Shown here piece after piece: positions 57,363 to 64,000 of a DNA stretch of 64,000 nt. The position numbers and the translations under genes were made by a program. The stretch lies in NCBI GenBank assembly GCA_051294375.1, contig CM119271.1:12273235-12337234 (forward strand), given 5' to 3'. Source of the stretch: Paraspadella gotoi. Its lineage: Eukaryota > Animalia > Chaetognatha. Within the stretch, counting starts at the first letter, position 1. Every line of letters begins with the position of its first letter. Under the pieces are notes generated by a model. It was not told where the DNA came from and did not search any database. It was given only the letters and a program-made list of their open reading frames with translations.

Positions 57363-59164
57363 AAGAAAAATATTTCAAATTTGTGAAAAAAGTAAAGGAA
57401 AAAAAATAGGACTTAGAGAGAGAGAGAGAGAGAGAGNNNNNNNNNNNNNNNNNNNNNNNNNNNNNNNNNNNNNNNNNNNNNNNNNNNNNNNNNNNNNNNN
57501 NNNNNNNNNNNNNNNNNNNNNNNNNNNNNNNNNNNNNNNNNNNNNNNNNNNNNNNNNNNNNNNNNNNNNNNNNNNNNNNNNNNNNNNNNNNNNNNNNNNN
57601 NNNNNNNNNNNNNNNNNNNNNNNNNNNNNNNNNNNNNNNNNNNNNNNNNNNNNNNNNNNNNNNNNNNNNNNNNNNNNNNNNNNNNNNNNNNNNNNNNNNN
57701 NNNNNNNNNNNNNNNNNNNNNNNNNNNNNNNNNNNNNNNNNNNNNNNNNNNNNNNNNNNNNNNNNNNNNNNNNNNNNNNNNNNNNNNNNNNNNNNNNNNN
57801 NNNNNNNNNNNNNNNNNNNNNNNNNNNNNNNNNNNNNNNNNNNNNNNNNNNNNNNNNNNNNNNNNNNNNNNNNNNNNNNNNNNNNNNNNNNNNNNNNNNN
57901 NNNNNNNNNNNNNNNNNNNNNNNNNNNNNNNNNNNNNNNNNNNNNNNNNNNNNNNNNNNNNNNNNNNNNNNNNNNNNNNNNNNNNNNNNNNNNNNNNNNN
58001 NNNNNNNNNNNNNNNNNNNNNNNNNNNNNNNNNNNNNNNNNNNNNNNNNNNNNNNNNNNNNNNNNNNNNNNNNNNNNNNNNNNNNNNNNNNNNNNNNNNN
58101 NNNNNNNNNNNNNNNNNNNNNNNNNNNNNNNNNNNNGCGCCGCAGTGACTGCCTTATCACGTGTATTTCTCGTGACCTGACATGACGACATGACATGACA
58201 ATGACTACAATAATTTCTTTCACTGCATCGACAGACCGACCGAAAAGTAAAGCAGAGGAAAACAAAAGTAACAAAAAAAGCAAAGAAAAGCAAATACCCA
58301 TATTGCTAAAAAGTCGCTAAGAAAAACAAAATAAGCCCCCCAAAAAAGCAAGAAAGCAGATTTCTCAGAAAAGCTAAGAAAAACAAAAGCCTAGCGGGGG
58401 GTCTTTCTGCCGAAGTCCTTTCGATACCGACAGAGGGAAATTAAGAAAGAAAACAAAAAGACAAAAAGATAAACAACGAAATAAATAAAAAAATAAATAA
58501 ATAAAATCATTAAATCATTAATTATTAGTTTTAAATGAAACGATGAAGAATTTGGTTATTTAGTCATTTTCCGATTTTATGATATTACTAAAATTTACTC
58601 AAATTTTTAGTGATTTTATGATATCGTGATTTGGAACATTTGTGATTTTTGATTGAATTGAATTTAATTTAATTTCTTTGATTCCATACTCTCATTTGTG
58701 ACATTTTAATTATATTTTTTTCACCCCATTCTGATGACATAAGCTTTGGATTTTTTCATATATAATATGCGATTCTAATGACAAAGGTTCTCGCGTCTTC
58801 GCTTCCGATTTCAGCGACTGATTGTCATTGAGCATTTGTTTTGTACGAGCCTCGTTTCCAGAATCTCATTTGCATATTAATTTTCAATTTTCAGAGAAAA
58901 AGACTCTTGGACGAAAAGCGTCACGCGTTGCTCCATCTATCGGCCGAAGATTATAAAACAAAAATATCTCTCATTATGATTCGATTTACTCGGCGCATTT
59001 AAGAATATGTTGGGTCAGACATACAGACAGACAGACAGACCAACAGAAAATGAGCTCACGTGACTCCGGAAGCAAAGACGATTTTGTTTTTCCTTTTGGG
59101 AGAGAGAGAGAGAGACAGTTCGAAAGCCAAAGGAAGTTCAACCGCGGATATTAATTCTGATTAA

Positions 59165-59222
<58 letters not shown>

Positions 59223-59727
59223 GAGACGCGGCTCCTGAATTATATTTCGACAGAAGTCTTTCCCTCTATCTCCAACCCGTCTCCCTCTCCCTCTCTCTCT
59301 CTTTCTCTCTCTCTCTCACACCAGCTATGCCCACTCTTCACTAAAAATTCGAAATAGGATTAAATAGAATTAATGTGAACTCTGTGAATTTTTTGTGCTA
59401 AAGACTCAACTTCTCTTCTCTCAATATTACCCCACCCACTGACGCCTCTCTCTCTCTNNNNNNNNNNNNNNNNNNNNNNNNNNNNNNNNNNNNNNNNNNN
59501 NNNNNNNNNNNNNNNNNNNNNNNNNNNNNNNNNNNNNNNNNNNNNNNNNNNNNNNNNNNNNNNNNNNNNNNNNNNNNNNNNNNNNNNNNNNNNNNNNNNN
59601 NNNNNNNNNNNNNNNNNNNNNNNNNNNNNNNNNNNNNNNNNNNNNNNNNNNNNNNNNNNNNNNNNNNNNNNNNNNNNNNNNNNNNNNNNNNNNNNNNNNN
59701 NNNNNNNNNNNNNNNNNNNNNNNNNNN

Positions 59728-59764
<37 letters not shown>

Positions 59765-59969
59765 CCAATCCGCCCAAATTCATATTTGGTCAATTAAAGA
59801 AGAGAAGAAAAGAACTGTGAGTTTAATATATCCTCTCTGTCTCACTCTGTCTCTCTCTCTCTATATGAAATTGGTACAATCAATATGCAAATTATGTATT
59901 CATGATGAGCGATCTTGCATCCTGACTTTGAACAGGCTATGGTGGGTTTCAATCAATCTCACTCTCAAT

Positions 59970-60013
<44 letters not shown>

Positions 60014-60129
60014 TGAAGTGAGTTCTCTATAGAGATCAATATTCCTTTTTTAAGATTTAATTCCTCGCTTACAAATCAAAGTAATAAAGTATTGAAAAAA
60101 TGAAATAAATAAATAAACAAATAAACAAA

Positions 60130-60200
<71 letters not shown>

Positions 60201-60310
60201 ATTAATTAATTAATTAATTAATTAATAAATGAATAAATAATTGTTTGCTAAGTAGCGTTTAATTCTGAACGAATGACAATTCTAATTTTCCAGATGCGCA
60301 GATGCGAAAT

Positions 60311-60601
60311 TGGCCGTCGTTTCCAAAAAACACCCGATTTCAGCTTTAATTCAGAATTTAGCTCATTTTAAAGTTTAATGATTAAAATGGTTAAAGATTA
60401 AGGATTAGGGATTAGAAATTGAAGATTAGGGATTAGGGAATTGGTTAGAAGTTAACAGGGTTAGAAGATAACAGCACAGGGTTGGGAATTAAAGATTAAA
60501 ATTATGGATTACTTTAAGCATTTGGATAGAGTTAGCAATTGGGTTAAAAATAATTTCAGGGATTAGTAACGGAAATGAGGCTACTCTCGAAAAATAGCGC
60601 C
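60311..60601 (+). mobile_element. MITE-like repeat, TTAGGG-like-core family
   Basis: GGCCGTCGTTTCCAAAAAACACCC ... GGCTACTCTCGAAAAATAGCGCC. Confidence 0.55.
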
Positions 60602-60824
60602 GCAAAATAAATAGAGTCGCGTCTTAAATTATGAATAAACTTTTTTTTTTTTAGCAAAAATTGATGACCCGTAATTTCGATTGTTTATTCACGCGTTGAT
60701 CCACGTTTGCCTTTTTTTTTTAGTCTCGAAGAATAATAATTTAATTTAGACTAATTTCTTTTTCAGTGAGCGAATGAAAAATAAGGAATTATCGCAAAAA
60801 CAAAAGGAGAATGATGCGGTGAAG

Positions 60825-60861
<37 letters not shown>

Positions 60862-61750
60862 CGGAAAATGTTTGCAAATGACTTCGACGACGATAACGAC
60901 GACGACGACGACGATTACGACGACGATTACGACGACGCTGATATCAACTGAAGAGAAGAAAGAGAAGAAAAGTACAAAGGTGAAAATGAGAGGAAATTGT
61001 ATTAGAAATATTTAAATCCACTATGAATAATTCCCACAAAAAAATCCAGGGGAATATATTTGTTGGGATTGTTTTTGTAATAAGATGCCAATATTGTATT
61101 AATATTTAAAGCTTTAACTTTTTCTTTGTTAAAAAAAGTTTTAAAAAGTTTTAAAAAATGATATTAGCCTTTGAAGAATACATATTAGTTATTACAAATC
61201 TAAAAGAATGAAAACGAAATTTAAACCAAAAAAAAAACTGTTAAAATCGACTTAATCATTTTTTTAATCAATCAAGTTTTTTAATTTAATTTCATTCCCC
61301 AACCCGAGTTTTGATATCTATAGCTATCAGCCTTTTTTAACCTGGTTCATATTTTAAAAACAAAACAAAACAAAACAAAATATTATCAACCCCTGGCAAA
61401 GAATATATCTATCCGTCAATCCAGAAATTATTAACGAGATCAAAGGAAAAAAACAAAAGAAAAACTTGACTTTTTTTTCTTTCATTTTTTTTTTTGCGCC
61501 CAAAGATTTCAGACAAGAAAAGGAGTCATTATTCTCACCGAAAAAAAAAGGTTTCACGACTCAGAATTTGTGATTTCGCCCACGTGAGAAATTAGATCCG
61601 CGGGGTGGGTTCGACTCACTCGGCGCGTCACCGATCACGCCTAAAGTGAAAAGTCACGCCCTAACGATTCACGGGTCACACCCACAGATTTCTGGTGTCA
61701 CGTTTTTAGTCACTCCCAACGATTATATGAGAATGGGACCTAGTGGGAGT

Positions 61751-61814
<64 letters not shown>

Positions 61815-62133
61815 ATTGAGACCTGACGCCCGGAGCGTCGGACTTGCGGCAAAAAATTCCTCGTTTTTCTTCGCCTTTTTTATTTACATTTTCTTTTTTT
61901 TAAATATATTTTTTTTATTTTTAGACATTTTTATAAATTTCTCTGTTTACTTCGCGAAAAGTGGAGAAGGGAAAAAATGAGACTCGTAAAAGTAAAGAAA
62001 AGACGCGCATGCGTCGATGGGCGAAGTCGGGCGTGGATACCCGATTTAGATTTTAGATTTTAAATTAAAATTGAAAATAAACATTTTAATTTATATTTCG
62101 ATTCATTTTTTTTAAAACTTGGATATAATTTTA

Positions 62134-62967
62134 CAGGGGTGGGACCCTATATCGAGACAAAACTTAACGTCCTGCCCTGTCTGAACGATTTGAGATACAA
62201 TAATAAAATGAGTGGCAAAAGGGTTTTTTTGGCTTTTTACTTTTATATACAATGAAACAAAGAAATTTTTAAGCAACTACAAGGCGTCGTGGATGTTTTC
62301 AAAACATTTGGTCGTTTTTGTGCGCGCGCATTGTATTGCATACGATAAAAGCCATACTTGTTAATATTTTTCAGTGGTCGTTTCTGAACATGACAGTGTA
62401 ATTAATGTCTGATCTTCAATTCACCTGATTTTAAGTTTTTCATCCCTATCCAAATTAAACCTATTTAATTTTTTTTTCAGGAAAGGAAGACAAAATTTTA
62501 GGAAGATTTTTTTTCTTATTTTTTTGACGCTTTTATTATGCATTCAGAAATCTACCTTAATTATCTAAAAATATCGTTAATAAATTGTTTGATAACAGTA
62601 AGTTTTAATAAAAATTAAACCATAACAGTAACTTACCCAAACCTTACCTGCTTACTTTAAAATATTCTTAACCAAAATACCATTTACACCTTACCAGAAG
62701 TACTTTCAAAAATATTTTCAACTGATATGTCTTAGAATGAGATTTAAATAATAAGTATTCAAACATTTTTCTTTCAAACCGCGCGGAGAAAACCGAGCAG
62801 TTGCCTTTGCTGCAACAAAAAAAGCTTTAAATCAAAGAAAAGATTAATATATCGTTTAAAAGCTAAGAGAGAATATTATACAAATATTTATTCAGATTTT
62901 AAAAATTATTAAGAGTTTTAGAGTAAGGAGTTTTTAAATTTTGTCTCGATATATGGTGCCACCCCTG
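62134..62967. mobile_element. Tc1/mariner-type MITE (~834 bp)
   Basis: TA|CAGGGGTGGGACCCTATATCGAGACAAAACTTAA ... TTAAATTTTGTCTCGATATATGGTGCCACCCCTG|TA; ~34-bp imperfect TIRs with TA TSD. Confidence 0.88.
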
Positions 62968-63214
62968 TAGATTTAGATTGCTTTTTAAACTTAGATATAT
63001 TTAATATATTTATATATATTTAAGTTTAGCTTTACATTTATATTTCACTCGTTTTTTAGATTTAAATCTAGCTTTAATTTTAGATTTATATATGGAATTA
63101 TTTGACAATTTTAATTTTAAAATTTTAAATTTATGAGTTTCACTTTTTCGATTTCAAAACTTGAAATCTCGCCAAAGAGTTTGGAATAGAAACGGAAGGA
63201 AAGATTCATTAACT

Positions 63215-63690
63215 TCCGTCGCGAGTTCGTCGCGAGTTAGTCGCGAGTTCGTCGCGAGTTCGTCGCGAGTTCTAGTCGCGAGAGTACCAACTTAGTTTCC
63301 GTCGCGTGTTCGTCAGCGAGTTTCGATCGCGAGTTTCGTCGGAGTTGTCCGAGTCGTGCCGAGTTCAGTCGCCAAGTTGTAATACCAGTGTCGCAGTTCG
63401 TCGCCAGTCGTCGCAGTTCGTCGCAGAGTTCGTTCGCGAAGTTCGTCGCGATGTTACGTCAGGAGTTTCGTCCAGAGTTTCGTCCCAAGTTTCGTCGCCG
63501 AAGTTTCGTTCGCAAGTTTCGTCGCAAGTTAACGGAGCGTGTTCGAATCGCGAGTTTCGTCAGCAGGAGTATTTCGTCGCGAGTTCGTCGCGAGTTCGTC
63601 GCGGAGATTCGTCGTCGAGTTTTCAAAAAAACGTTCGACTATGTGTTCCACCGTCGCGAGTTTCGTCCCAAGTTTCGTCGCGAGTTTCAT
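63215..63690. repeat. CpG-rich 11-12-bp satellite (GTCGCGAGTT[T]C)
   Basis: Direct reading; degenerate copies. Confidence 0.88.
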
Positions 63691-64000
63691 CGTTCTACCG
63701 TAACAATTTCCGCTCGGTCGCTTTTAAATATCCATTCTCTCGTTTTCCAAATCGTTCCGCTTTTTTCCTTTTTTTTGTTTTTGTTTTGCTGATTCAATGG
63801 TTTTTTTTTTGTTTTTTTTGGTTTCGCTTTTGTTTTTGTTTCTCGTTCGAAATTTGAAAAATGGAGGAAAACGAGAAAAGAAGAGACCGATGACGGATGA
63901 ATGGGCTCAAATACAAAAAGAGGAGAGGAGATGATTGGCTGGAAATGATTGGTTGGGGGAGAGATGATTGGCTGGAAACGATTCGGTTGGGGAGAGATGA

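Noticed and set aside
57316-58301. Long ORFs across N runs (also 425-2621 and 59398-59793)
   Set aside because: They are open only because of assembly gaps.

Overview
Eukaryotic (invertebrate animal-like), microsatellite-rich draft scaffold with N gaps and indel-rich stretches that look like unpolished long-read gap fills. Manual splicing recovers three intron-rich genes. (1) A minus-strand M14A zinc carboxypeptidase (25263->2752; signal peptide, prodomain, RRRR site, HAREW/NRNW/HSY/ELR motifs, hydrophobic C-tail; one expected exon not found). (2) A plus-strand Dbl-family RhoGEF resembling MCF2L/Dbs (27120->45582; spectrin repeats-DH-PH-SH3; Sec14 N-terminus not in window). (3) A minus-strand single-Ig-domain, probably GPI-anchored protein (about 52579->47818). 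Two large mirror duplications (12.9-23.8 kb vs 23.8-32.2 kb; 50.2-52.5 kb vs 52.9-55.3 kb) are most likely gap-filling artefacts, but they expose allelic differences: a 2.2-kb TIR transposon in one arm only, and a ~0.3-kb inversion that swaps the Ig protein's signal peptide. Other notable points: an 18-copy array of an exon end plus splice donor with (GA)n spacers, a candidate 27-nt proline-rich microexon in the SH3 n-Src loop, a dispersed TTAGGG-like-core MITE family, Tc1-like MITEs and tRNA-derived SINEs. No CRISPR array, prokaryotic system or intact transposase was seen. All family assignments come from motif recognition, not database searches.
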